Source: a bacterium (lineage in GTDB: Bacteria > Patescibacteriota > Andersenbacteria > UBA10190). Taken from it: a DNA stretch of 64,000 nucleotides. Each line of letters begins with the position of its first letter. Position 1 is the stretch's first letter. The notes beneath the pieces were generated by a model. It searched no databases and had not been told where the DNA came from. It was given only the letters and a program-made list of their open reading frames with translations. Of the stretch, positions 29,631 to 38,390 are shown one piece after another. The DNA is taken from NCBI GenBank assembly GCA_030698495.1, contig JAUYKA010000005.1, forward strand, positions 8,404 through 72,403. The letters are read 5' to 3'. A program made the translations under genes and the position numbers.

Positions 29631-29653
29631 ATATGGTTTATTTCCGGAGTTAG

Positions 29654-29947
29654 TTATTCCTTAAACTTGAATGAGCGCTTGTTAGCTTCTTGCAGGATTT
29701 TTAATGTTGCCTGCACAGACAAATTGTCGCTTGGTAACAGCACCAGACGGTCGCCTAATTCATCGGCAAGAGGACTTAAAAATTCATCAGTCCACGACGG
29801 CGACAGGGTCAGCACCCCGGAAAAATCTATTTCCAAAACATCATCCCGTGGTAAATCACGTAAGGTAGTCCGAAACGCTTTAAGGGCCTCACTTCCCAAC
29901 TCCCGGGTAATTAAAGTGGTTCCGAATTTTTCCAACATCAATTTCAT
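29654..29947 (-). CDS. STAS-like (DUF4325-type) protein
   Basis: FG..L..R..G, IDFSGV..LSPSW.DEF; downstream of an HATPase-like gene. Confidence 0.75.
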   Translation of the reverse strand: MKLMLEKFGTTLITRELGSEALKAFRTTLRDLPRDDVLEIDFSGVLTLSPSWTDEFLSPLADELGDRLVLLPSDNLSVQATLKILQEANKRSFKFKE

Positions 29948-29970
29948 AAATTTATATATTATCTTATTGC

Positions 29971-30690
29971 TTAAAAATCAATCTTGGCCAAACACCCGTT
30001 TATCGTATTTACTCCCCTAACAACTTTAAAGTCTTTATTGTCATTCTGTAGACGCACTTCAGCATCTCCGCTGGTAAAAAACAGATTAATCGGATTACCG
30101 ACTACAACTTCCCGAACCAATTTCAAACCGTTGCCTCGTTTCTCCGGCGCCCGGCCGGAAATAAATTCAGTAAAAGCCACTTTTACCGCGGCAACATGGT
30201 TAGACAACTCCGGACGAACTTGACGCAATGTCCTTAGAATACCAAGTCCTCTGTCAGCTAATACAATTACCCCCTTCTTAATATCATACCCAAAAAATAT
30301 TCCGGGCACATCCGGCCATTTGCCTAAATTATGAGCAAATGAATTATCACCTATTTCACCGGCAATCAAGACAATAAGTGAATATAACTCTTCAAATCCA
30401 GGCTTGGCCATAAGTTCACGCTCCATTTTTACCAGCCTTGCTTGAAAGACAGCACTTGTCTGACAATAGAATCTCTCCGGAAATTCAGTTTTGTCACCAG
30501 CCCATTCGAAAGCGAATTTTAAAAGATCACTCGCGAAAATTTCGAGATCTTTCTCTCGATAATATCTGTGTGTTCCGCCTTCCTTTTTAATGGCAACCAA
30601 TTTTCCTCTTTCATCCCACCGGCGCAGGGTATCAATTGAAACACCAAGTATTTCAGCCGCTTGACTGATTGTTAACAGTTTTCTTTCCAT
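29971..30690 (-). CDS. MerR-type HTH fused to an HATPase-like domain
   Basis: LTISQAAEILGVSIDTLRRWD; EIGDNSFAHN (N box), D.GLGI (G1), RGNGL (G2). Confidence 0.8.
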   Translation of the reverse strand: MERKLLTISQAAEILGVSIDTLRRWDERGKLVAIKKEGGTHRYYREKDLEIFASDLLKFAFEWAGDKTEFPERFYCQTSAVFQARLVKMERELMAKPGFEELYSLIVLIAGEIGDNSFAHNLGKWPDVPGIFFGYDIKKGVIVLADRGLGILRTLRQVRPELSNHVAAVKVAFTEFISGRAPEKRGNGLKLVREVVVGNPINLFFTSGDAEVRLQNDNKDFKVVRGVNTINGCLAKIDF

Positions 30691-30696
30691 ATCTAC

Positions 30697-30770
30697 ACTA
30701 TAACATACCCTATAAATCTATGCAATTATTACATAAAACTATGCATTATTACTATAATCTATGCATTTTA
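30697..30770 (-). promoter_or_regulatory. Leaderless promoter plus three phased CTATGCA direct repeats
   Basis: TGT-TATAGT-6 nt-ATG; CTATGCA at 30718, 30739 and 30759. Confidence 0.6.
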
Positions 30771-30832
30771 TTGATATTTATGGGCAAATTTCATACTTTC
30801 AGCTCATAAATTCACGCGTTTTTCCTGATTTT

Positions 30833-31237
30833 CTATTTCTCCCGATCCAGCGCTTCATTCACTAGCCTATCAGCTATCTTATTTTTATCCCGCGTCACGT
30901 GCGTAAAAGAAGTTGTCTCAAACTTATCCGCTAGTTCCTTCGCCTCAACAAATAACTGTTTTAATCCGTTATTTTTCACCCGATAATTTCCTTTCAACTG
31001 CTCCACCACCAACTGGCTGTCCAGAAAACATTTTATCTCGGACACCCCCGCCTCCAGCGCCATAGCTAATCCTTTTATCAACGCTTTATATTCCGCCTGA
31101 TTGTTTGTCGTCTCGCCGATATACTCGCCGTACTCCAGCGCCTGTTCCCCTTCCACCCTAAGCACTAAACCGATTCCCGCCGGCCCCGGGTTCCCTCTGG
31201 CTCCTCCATCGGTAAATAAAGTGGCTTTTTTTGACAT
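30833..31237 (-). CDS. rnhA: Ribonuclease HI (archaeal-like type)
   Basis: TDGGARGNPGPAG, TNNQAEY, DSQLVV.Q, N..AD.L.N.ALD. Confidence 0.93.
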   Translation of the reverse strand: MSKKATLFTDGGARGNPGPAGIGLVLRVEGEQALEYGEYIGETTNNQAEYKALIKGLAMALEAGVSEIKCFLDSQLVVEQLKGNYRVKNNGLKQLFVEAKELADKFETTSFTHVTRDKNKIADRLVNEALDREK

Positions 31238-31240
31238 ATT

Positions 31241-32941
31241 TTATTTTTGAAATGTTATTTTCATCTCGCCCGCTCGCGCCGCGTCCCGGACGTTAAACTG
31301 CAGCCTTCTTCTGCCTTGCCATTGATTTTCGGTTAATTCTCCCAATATATCAATAGATCCTTTGGTAATTTTAGCCGCGGCCATCTCGTGTGCCAATCCG
31401 AAACCGATGCCGTCAACTAATTCGTTGTTTATAACCAGCCCCAACTTGGCGTGATCCGAATTTTTTCCCACCGCCCGCCACTCGTGTAGCTGTATGTTTT
31501 GTGCCACCAGTTGCGGCCTTTTATTCCCCTCCCCGAACGGCGCGAACTCTTCTATCACCCGCACCGTCTGTTTATCTAAAATTTCCGGCGCCACCAGTGC
31601 TTCCGCTTCCAAAGTCAGCAGTCGTTCCCGCTCTTCAATAACTGCCCCGGCTTCCATCCCCCGCATCGCCTCGGTGAACATCGGCAGATTACTCACGTCT
31701 ATCGTCAACCCCGCCGCCTGACTGTGCCCGCCCAGTTTTACCAGCATACTTTGTGCCTGCCGCAGTATTTCCAGCACATTTGTTCCTTCCGGGCTGCGCG
31801 CCGAACCTACTCCGCCCCGCCCGAAGACCACCGCCGGTTTGCCATATTTATCCGCCAGACGATTAGCCGCCAAACCAACCACGCCGGGCGGCCAGTCTTC
31901 TCCGCTGGCTACAATTACCGCGCCGCATCCCGCCAGTTGTTTTTCCGCTTCCCGCACTACCTTCTGTGTAACCGTCTGCCGCCTTCTGTTTAACAGATTC
32001 AACTCGGCCACCAGCTTGTCCGCTTTGGCTTCGTCTTTTGTCATTAACAGCTCCAGCGCCGGCTGGGCGTGATCCATTCGGCCGGCCGCGTTCAGCATCG
32101 GTACTATTTTAAACACCACGTCCTCCGTCGATACTTCCTTGCCGGCCAACCCGACAAAATCAATCAGTTTCCGCAGGCCCACGCGCTTGGTCCGCCGTAA
32201 AACATCCAAACCGAAACGTACAATTGCCCGATTTTCTCCCAGCACCGGCACCGAATCGCCCAGAGTTCCCAACATCGCCAAATCCAACAGCCACTTTACT
32301 CTATCGGTGTCTCCTCTCCAAACCGAGCGATTATCATTAGACAAAGCCTGCGCCACTTTCCACGCCGTGCCGGCGCCGCATAAATAAGGCCAAGAGTAGC
32401 TGCCAACCGGATAATTGGGATGGATAATAGCAACCGCCGCCGGCTTCACCCTCCCCGGCGTATGATGATCGACTATAACCGTGTCTATTTTCTGGCGCTT
32501 CAGCCACTTAACTTCTTCCGCCGCGGTAACGCCGCAGTCAACCGTAACCAGCAGCGACATCTCCGGCGCCAGCCTTTCCAGCACTTCTTTATTAAGTCCG
32601 TATCCGTCATCTATCCGGTGCGGAATATATGGACTTACCCGCGCGCCGTGCTCGCGCAAAGTTTCCACTAAAATAGCCGTACTACTGATGCCGTCGGCGT
32701 CATAATCGCCGTAAACTATGATCTGCTCCTTATCCTTTATGGCCCGAAAAATTCTGTCCACGCCCGCGGCCATATCGGGGAAATTTCCCGGATCATGAAT
32801 ATCGTCTTTATACGAGGAACGAAAAAAACCGGCCGCCCCATCGGCGCCGACTCCCCGACGCACTAGCAAAAATCCCCTTAATTCTTCCGTCGAACTGATC
32901 GCGCCGCGCGCGTCTGCCGTCACTACCCACTGTCTATTCAT
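31241..32941 (-). CDS. recJ: ssDNA exonuclease RecJ
   Basis: YGDYDADG, GYGL, TVDCG, DHH, NAAGR, GSARS, GGH..AAG, PFG.GN..P. Confidence 0.95.
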   Translation of the reverse strand: MNRQWVVTADARGAISSTEELRGFLLVRRGVGADGAAGFFRSSYKDDIHDPGNFPDMAAGVDRIFRAIKDKEQIIVYGDYDADGISSTAILVETLREHGARVSPYIPHRIDDGYGLNKEVLERLAPEMSLLVTVDCGVTAAEEVKWLKRQKIDTVIVDHHTPGRVKPAAVAIIHPNYPVGSYSWPYLCGAGTAWKVAQALSNDNRSVWRGDTDRVKWLLDLAMLGTLGDSVPVLGENRAIVRFGLDVLRRTKRVGLRKLIDFVGLAGKEVSTEDVVFKIVPMLNAAGRMDHAQPALELLMTKDEAKADKLVAELNLLNRRRQTVTQKVVREAEKQLAGCGAVIVASGEDWPPGVVGLAANRLADKYGKPAVVFGRGGVGSARSPEGTNVLEILRQAQSMLVKLGGHSQAAGLTIDVSNLPMFTEAMRGMEAGAVIEERERLLTLEAEALVAPEILDKQTVRVIEEFAPFGEGNKRPQLVAQNIQLHEWRAVGKNSDHAKLGLVINNELVDGIGFGLAHEMAAAKITKGSIDILGELTENQWQGRRRLQFNVRDAARAGEMKITFQK

Positions 32942-32947
32942 GCCGTG

Positions 32948-33376
32948 CTATTGAATTCTCGGACCCTTCGTGTGCCGGTTGATAACATTTTTTTCCGTCC
33001 GGGTATGCCTGATAAACTTATGCAGCAAATCCACGATGCCCGCGTACTGGGTGATAATACTGGACAAATCGCGCTGCACCTCTTCTTTCTGCTGGAGCAC
33101 GTATGCCAACCTCAACCAATAATCCGTTTCAATCGCTTTCATCCTCGCCTCCGTCAAATGTCTATCAAAATCACCCGGCTCCTCCGCCGCGTTCGCCCGC
33201 ACCAAGTGGGTGCCCACTGCCATAGCCGTTTTCACCATTTCCTGCTTCACTATCACCCCGCCCGCGTCATCCTCCAAAGAATCCGCCAGCGTCACCACAT
33301 CCTGAATAACCTGAAAAATCCGGTCCCACAATTCCGCCTGCCGATGCTCCCAAATTGAAGAATGCGAATCTTCCAT
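32948..33376 (-). CDS. Four-helix-bundle protein (23S rRNA IVS protein/bAvd-like family), divergent
   Basis: I.KQ....A..VG.....A....DF...L..A...A.ET.YWL.L pattern. Confidence 0.75.
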   Translation of the reverse strand: MEDSHSSIWEHRQAELWDRIFQVIQDVVTLADSLEDDAGGVIVKQEMVKTAMAVGTHLVRANAAEEPGDFDRHLTEARMKAIETDYWLRLAYVLQQKEEVQRDLSSIITQYAGIVDLLHKFIRHTRTEKNVINRHTKGPRIQ

Positions 33377-33446
33377 ACTTAGTATATGTCAATTATAGAA
33401 CATATTCTGTTTCTGAACCAGTACACCACCCATGCGGCTAATTTAT

Positions 33447-34775
33447 CTAAACATCATCTTTAATATTAACCCCGCCTGTATCCGGCTGATGGTATTCCAA
33501 AAAAGCCTGAAAAGGCTTGGCCAGCTTCGCCTGTGTCTCCTCCTCGATCCGTAACAGCCGGTTATACTTCGCTGTTCTCTCTGATCGTGTCGGCGCGCCC
33601 GTCTTGATTTGTCCTGCTCCGGTAGCTACCGCCAAATCGGCGATAAAAGTATCCTCCGTCTCGCCGGAGCGATGCGAAATAATAACATTTTGCTTGGCCT
33701 CTTGCGCCATCAATATCGCCTGCAGAGTTTCCGAAACGGTACCCACCTGGTTAAGCTTAATCAGCACCGCATTGGCCGCTCCGCGCACAATGCCCTCGCG
33801 TATTCTTGTGCTGTTAGTCACGTACAAATCATCGCCCACAATCTGTAACGCCTGCCCGTTGCGCTTGGTAAAATTCACCCAGTCATCCCAACTATCTTCA
33901 TCAAAAGGATCTTCGATAGAAATAAGTGGATAGCGTTCTCTCCATGTTTTATACAAATAAGCCAAGTCACCCGGCGGCATATCCTTACCGTCCATCTTAT
34001 AAACCTTGTTTTCGTGATCATAAAATTCGTTGGCCGCCGCGTCTATCCCCAGAAAAGCATCCACCCCCGGCTTATAGCCGGCCGTTTCAATTGCCCTGTT
34101 TAAAAACGTAAATACCAGCTCACTTTGCCCCAGCTTCGGCGCGAAGCCCCCCTCGTCAGCCACTTCCACCTGCCAGCCTTCTTTCTTTAAAATATCGCGC
34201 AAAGCATAGTGAATTTCCGCGCCCATGCGCAAAGCCTCGCTAAAACTGGCCGTCCCTACCGGCAGAACATGAAATTCCTGTATCGCCAGCTGATTACTCG
34301 CGTGCACTCCGCCATTTATCAAATTCATTTGCGGTACTGGCAGCCTTGCTTCTCGCTCCGGAAAAAGCTGCTGCAGATACATATACAGCGGCAAACCTTG
34401 TGCCGCCGCCTCCGCTCGGACACACGCCATCGATACCGCCAGTATCGCGTTGGCTCCCAGTCTCGATTTATTCGGTGTGCCATCCAACTCCAGCAATGTC
34501 CGATCAATTTTTGATTGATTGGCTGTATCTTTTCCGTGTAAAGCCGCGTTAATCTCGCCTCTAATATTCTTAACCGCTCCCAGTATGCCCTTTCCCCGAT
34601 AACGCTTCTCATCGCCGTCACGTAGCTCGTGCGCTTCGTGCTTTCCCGTGGAAGCGCCCGAGGGCACCATCGCGCTCACGCTAATACCGCCGGCCGCGTC
34701 CACCTGCGCCTCCACCGTCGGATTTCCCCGGGAATCCAAAATCTCCCTCGCAATTATCTTCTCAATCTTGGCCAT
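33447..34775 (-). CDS. eno: Enolase
   Basis: REILDSRGNPTVE, VPSGASTG..EA.ELRD, SHRSGETED, GQIKTG, KYNRLLRIEE. Confidence 0.98.
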   Translation of the reverse strand: MAKIEKIIAREILDSRGNPTVEAQVDAAGGISVSAMVPSGASTGKHEAHELRDGDEKRYRGKGILGAVKNIRGEINAALHGKDTANQSKIDRTLLELDGTPNKSRLGANAILAVSMACVRAEAAAQGLPLYMYLQQLFPEREARLPVPQMNLINGGVHASNQLAIQEFHVLPVGTASFSEALRMGAEIHYALRDILKKEGWQVEVADEGGFAPKLGQSELVFTFLNRAIETAGYKPGVDAFLGIDAAANEFYDHENKVYKMDGKDMPPGDLAYLYKTWRERYPLISIEDPFDEDSWDDWVNFTKRNGQALQIVGDDLYVTNSTRIREGIVRGAANAVLIKLNQVGTVSETLQAILMAQEAKQNVIISHRSGETEDTFIADLAVATGAGQIKTGAPTRSERTAKYNRLLRIEEETQAKLAKPFQAFLEYHQPDTGGVNIKDDV

Positions 34776-34800
34776 AATCCTACAGGCTAATGACTAATAG

Positions 34801-35991
34801 CTAATCACTAACATACAGCGGTTCCAATCCCGGCATCCTCTTATTCTCCAGAAAAGCGATCATCGCGCCGCCGCCCACCGAAACATGGTCGTACTTATTC
34901 AGCACTTTCGCTTTCTGTAAAGCGATAATAGTATCACCGCCGCCTACCACCCGATAGCTGGATAATTGCGCCAGCTCCGTTGCCAAAGCCTCCGTCGCCT
35001 TGGCATAAGCCGGTACCTCAAAACGCCCCATCGGTCCATTCCACATAATAGTCGCGGCTTCCCTGGCGTATTTCATAAACAGTTCCACCGTTTTAGGCCC
35101 GACATCAAAAACTCCCGCCACCCCCTCCGGTATCTCATCAACGCCTGCTACCACAGCATCGCTTCCATCCTCATTGCCAATCACCACATCAACCGGCAAA
35201 ACTATTTTATCGCCGCCTTTATCCAGCAAGACCCGGGCAACCGATGTCTCGTCAGCCGTAAAATGGTCCGCGCGCTTACCCTGCGCCGCCAAAAAAACAT
35301 TGGCTAACCGGCCTCCGATGCATAACTTATCCACCTGTTCCAGCAACCGATAAAGCATCCCTATCTTCGTCTCAATTTTTGCTCCTGAAGTTATCGCCAC
35401 ATACGGCTTAGCCGGATTACTCCTTAACTTTGTCAGCTTCGCCACTTCCTCCACCGTCCGCCGTCCCGCGCCCGAAGACAATAATCTGGGTGCGATAGAC
35501 ACCGACGCGTGATTACGGTGTGACACACTGAAAGCTTCATTTATATATACCTCCGCGTTATCGCAAATTTCCCGAGCGAATTGTTCGCTGCCTTCCTCTT
35601 CCCGCACATCCATCCGCACATTCGGCAGCAAAGCCACATCTCCCGGGTTCATACCTCCCAGCACCGCCTTAACTCCATCGCCGTACAACTTATTGATACT
35701 GGTTACTTCCTCGCCCAACAAGCCCTCCAAACGATCACGCACCGGCCCCAGCTCCGTGTTTTCCTTGCTCTCCCCCGGACGGCCGCGATGGGTAAGCAAT
35801 AGCACCTTGCATCTTCTTTGCATCAACTCTTCGATCGTCGCTAGAGCCGCTTTTATCCGGTAATCTTCCGTTTCTTCCACTCTCCCGCTATCATTCGTCG
35901 CCACGTTAAAATCAACTCTCACTAAAACTGCCTTACCGTCCACCGGCAAGTCATCAAGAGTTTTTAACTTTCTCGCGGTCTTATTCTCCAT
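34801..35991 (-). CDS. pgk: Phosphoglycerate kinase
   Basis: RVDFNV, H.GRP, HR.HAS, DVGP.T, WNGPMG.FE, GGGDT. Confidence 0.96.
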   Translation of the reverse strand: MENKTARKLKTLDDLPVDGKAVLVRVDFNVATNDSGRVEETEDYRIKAALATIEELMQRRCKVLLLTHRGRPGESKENTELGPVRDRLEGLLGEEVTSINKLYGDGVKAVLGGMNPGDVALLPNVRMDVREEEGSEQFAREICDNAEVYINEAFSVSHRNHASVSIAPRLLSSGAGRRTVEEVAKLTKLRSNPAKPYVAITSGAKIETKIGMLYRLLEQVDKLCIGGRLANVFLAAQGKRADHFTADETSVARVLLDKGGDKIVLPVDVVIGNEDGSDAVVAGVDEIPEGVAGVFDVGPKTVELFMKYAREAATIMWNGPMGRFEVPAYAKATEALATELAQLSSYRVVGGGDTIIALQKAKVLNKYDHVSVGGGAMIAFLENKRMPGLEPLYVSD

Positions 35992-36018
35992 AAAGTCAGA
36001 TTATCACAACCAACCCGC

Positions 36019-37029
36019 TTATTTTGCGCTTTGCCTTATCGCCACGGCTTGTTCAACCAATCGATTGGAATACCCCCACTCGTTATCGTACCAACCCATA
36101 ACCTTCACTAAATTGCCGCCTACCACGCGCGTCATGGCCAAATCTACCGTCACTGAATGCGGATCGCCGATAAAATCACTGGATACCACCGGCTCGCTCG
36201 TTACCGCCAGCACTCCCTCATAAAGAGGATTGCTCGCCGCTTCTTCAAAGACCTTAACGATTTCCTCGACTGTCACTTCTTTCTTAGTCACCAACACGCA
36301 ATCCGACATCGACACCACCGGTACCGGCACCCGCAAGGCCACCCCGTCAAACTTGCCCGCCAGTGGCTGATACGCTTTGGTCGCCGCTATCGCCGCGCCG
36401 GTAGAAGACGGCACCATGTTAGCCGCGGCCGCCCGTCCGCGCCGAAAATCTTTCTTCGCCGGTCCGTCAACAACACTCTGCGTGGCCGTGTAGGCATGCA
36501 CCGTAGTCATAACCGCTTTCTCCACCCCGAACGCGTTATCCATCACCGCCACCATTGGCGCCACGCAATTTGTGGTGCACGAAGCATTGGAAACTATTTC
36601 CTTACCCGCCAAATCTTTATCGTTGACACCCATAACCACCGTGGCTACCCCCTCGCTTTTTGTGGGCGCCGAGATAATAACATGCTTAGCCCCGGCCGTT
36701 ATGTGACGACGGGCTTCCTCTTCTTCAGTGAAGACACCGGTGGACTCAATGACCGTATCAATGCCCATCTCCCCCCAGGGCAACTTGTCCGGCTCGCGTT
36801 CATTCAGCACTTTTATCTCCTTGTCATCAACTCGCAGAACACCGTCGCTCATTGTTACTTTTCTGGCATAGCGACCGTACACTGTGTCGTATCGCAATAA
36901 ATAAGCTAAATTTTCCGGATCACCCAAGTCGTTTATCGCCACCATTTCCACATCATCGTTCTCCAACGCTATTTTAAAAACCGCCCGGCCGATGCGCCCG
37001 AAACCATTGATTGCAATTTTTGTTTTCAT
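36019..37029 (-). CDS. gap: Glyceraldehyde-3-phosphate dehydrogenase type I
   Basis: INGFGRIGR, SNASCTTNC, WYDNEWGYS. Confidence 0.98.
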   Translation of the reverse strand: MKTKIAINGFGRIGRAVFKIALENDDVEMVAINDLGDPENLAYLLRYDTVYGRYARKVTMSDGVLRVDDKEIKVLNEREPDKLPWGEMGIDTVIESTGVFTEEEEARRHITAGAKHVIISAPTKSEGVATVVMGVNDKDLAGKEIVSNASCTTNCVAPMVAVMDNAFGVEKAVMTTVHAYTATQSVVDGPAKKDFRRGRAAAANMVPSSTGAAIAATKAYQPLAGKFDGVALRVPVPVVSMSDCVLVTKKEVTVEEIVKVFEEAASNPLYEGVLAVTSEPVVSSDFIGDPHSVTVDLAMTRVVGGNLVKVMGWYDNEWGYSNRLVEQAVAIRQSAK

Positions 37030-37089
37030 AGTTGAGTAGAATTAAGAATCATGAATAAAGAATACAATATACTTAATTTACTGTCCTCG

Positions 37090-37122
37090 CCTTGTCCTCC
37101 GTAGCTTCATGCGAAGGATGGG
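37090..37122. repeat. REP-like hairpin inserted in a 9-mer repeat
   Basis: CCTTGTCCTCCGTAGCTTCATGCGAAGGATGGG between CTGTCCTCG and CTGTATTTA. Confidence 0.7.
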
Positions 37123-37141
37123 CTGTATTTACTGTATTTAC

Positions 37142-38152
37142 TTAAATAGTGCCATAAACCACAGGCTTAATCTTGCTGTTTTTGCGAATCAATTGCTCTA
37201 CACCATCTTTATTTAAAAGCCCCTCCCTCGCCCCGATATAACGCACCACCGAAGTTGAATTAGCATTACCCCACAGCATTGCCTCGGTTATTGTTTTACC
37301 GTGCACTAAAGCCCCCATAAACCCGGCGCCATAACTGTCCCCGGCCCCTGTTCTTTCCACCACTTCACCGGCAAAAATTTTCAACCTTAAAATTTTTCCT
37401 CCGTCAACCGCGTATGAACCGTTCGGGCCATCAGTTAGCACCACGCTGCCAACCCCGATATCCAAAAACCCCTTTATCAATTGACCTACATCATCGCTTG
37501 ATATCCTCAACAGCTCTTGCGATTCCTCGCGATTAATAAATAGTACCTCGGTCTTTTCTAACAACGGCTTTAATCCCTCTAGACCCAAATTCATCTGGTG
37601 CGTCCCCGGATTAAACGCTATCTTTACTTCCGGATTTTCCTCTAAATACGCCAGTACTTGCTCATGTAAACTTTTTACTCCGCCGCCAGACGAAGACGTC
37701 AAATAAATCCAGCGCGGCCGGGCAAAATGCGGCAAGCGATACTCCCGCGGCTCATGATAAACCAGAATAGTCCGCTCGCTGTTAAAGTTTATTACTGCAG
37801 AGAAGTTGGTACCGTGCTCCTTATCAAAAACAACATATCTCGCATCTACCCCGTTCTCCCGAAAAACATCCTGGGCTAAATGACCCTGCACATCGTCTCC
37901 TAACACCGTATAAATAGCCGCTCTCAAACCCAAACGCGCCACCCCGATGGCGTGATTAGCCGCGTTCCCGACTGCCGGCACATCCGTCTTTTTCTCTACC
38001 GCTATTTTGTCCGCAAATCGCAAACAGAATTTACAATTACCGCCTTGATTGTCGCAGTGAACTTCCGCATCAGACATCTGCAAAAAAACATCTTCCGTCG
38101 TATCGCCAATAGCGACAATATCAAAAACCGGCGCGCTCACTCTTTTCTCCAT
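37142..38152 (-). CDS. PfkB-family carbohydrate kinase
   Basis: G.A.N.A.G.ARLG, NPG, LT.G..G, ERTGAGDSY. Confidence 0.9.
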   Translation of the reverse strand: MEKRVSAPVFDIVAIGDTTEDVFLQMSDAEVHCDNQGGNCKFCLRFADKIAVEKKTDVPAVGNAANHAIGVARLGLRAAIYTVLGDDVQGHLAQDVFRENGVDARYVVFDKEHGTNFSAVINFNSERTILVYHEPREYRLPHFARPRWIYLTSSSGGGVKSLHEQVLAYLEENPEVKIAFNPGTHQMNLGLEGLKPLLEKTEVLFINREESQELLRISSDDVGQLIKGFLDIGVGSVVLTDGPNGSYAVDGGKILRLKIFAGEVVERTGAGDSYGAGFMGALVHGKTITEAMLWGNANSTSVVRYIGAREGLLNKDGVEQLIRKNSKIKPVVYGTI

Positions 38153-38201
38153 TGGCTTATTGTATCATTTTTAACCTCTCTTGTCTCTCGCAAAAGCGGG
38201 C

Positions 38202-38372
38202 AGCGACACGCGCAGAATTTCCCTTGTCGGCCGTCTGAAGACCTGCCGGCCCGGTCTCCGCCATTGTTTTGCCTTGGCAAAACAATGGCGGAGCGGCAGG
38301 GCTTCAGCCGAGTAACACCCACCGCTGGGGTGGGTGTTATGTGCCAACAAGGGAAATTCTGCGCGTGTCGCT
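38202..38372. repeat. Structured three-way-junction intergenic element, copy C
   Basis: 30-bp outer stem with one mismatch enclosing the shared core. Confidence 0.85.
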
Positions 38373-38390
38373 CACTAAAATTCGATGCAC

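Noticed and set aside
21900-30832. Classical integron or prophage
   Set aside because: No integrase, no clear attC (RYYYAAC..GTTRRRY) series and no phage structural genes
32948-33376. Diversity-generating retroelement suggested by the Avd-like gene
   Set aside because: No reverse transcriptase and no TR/VR pair seen in the window
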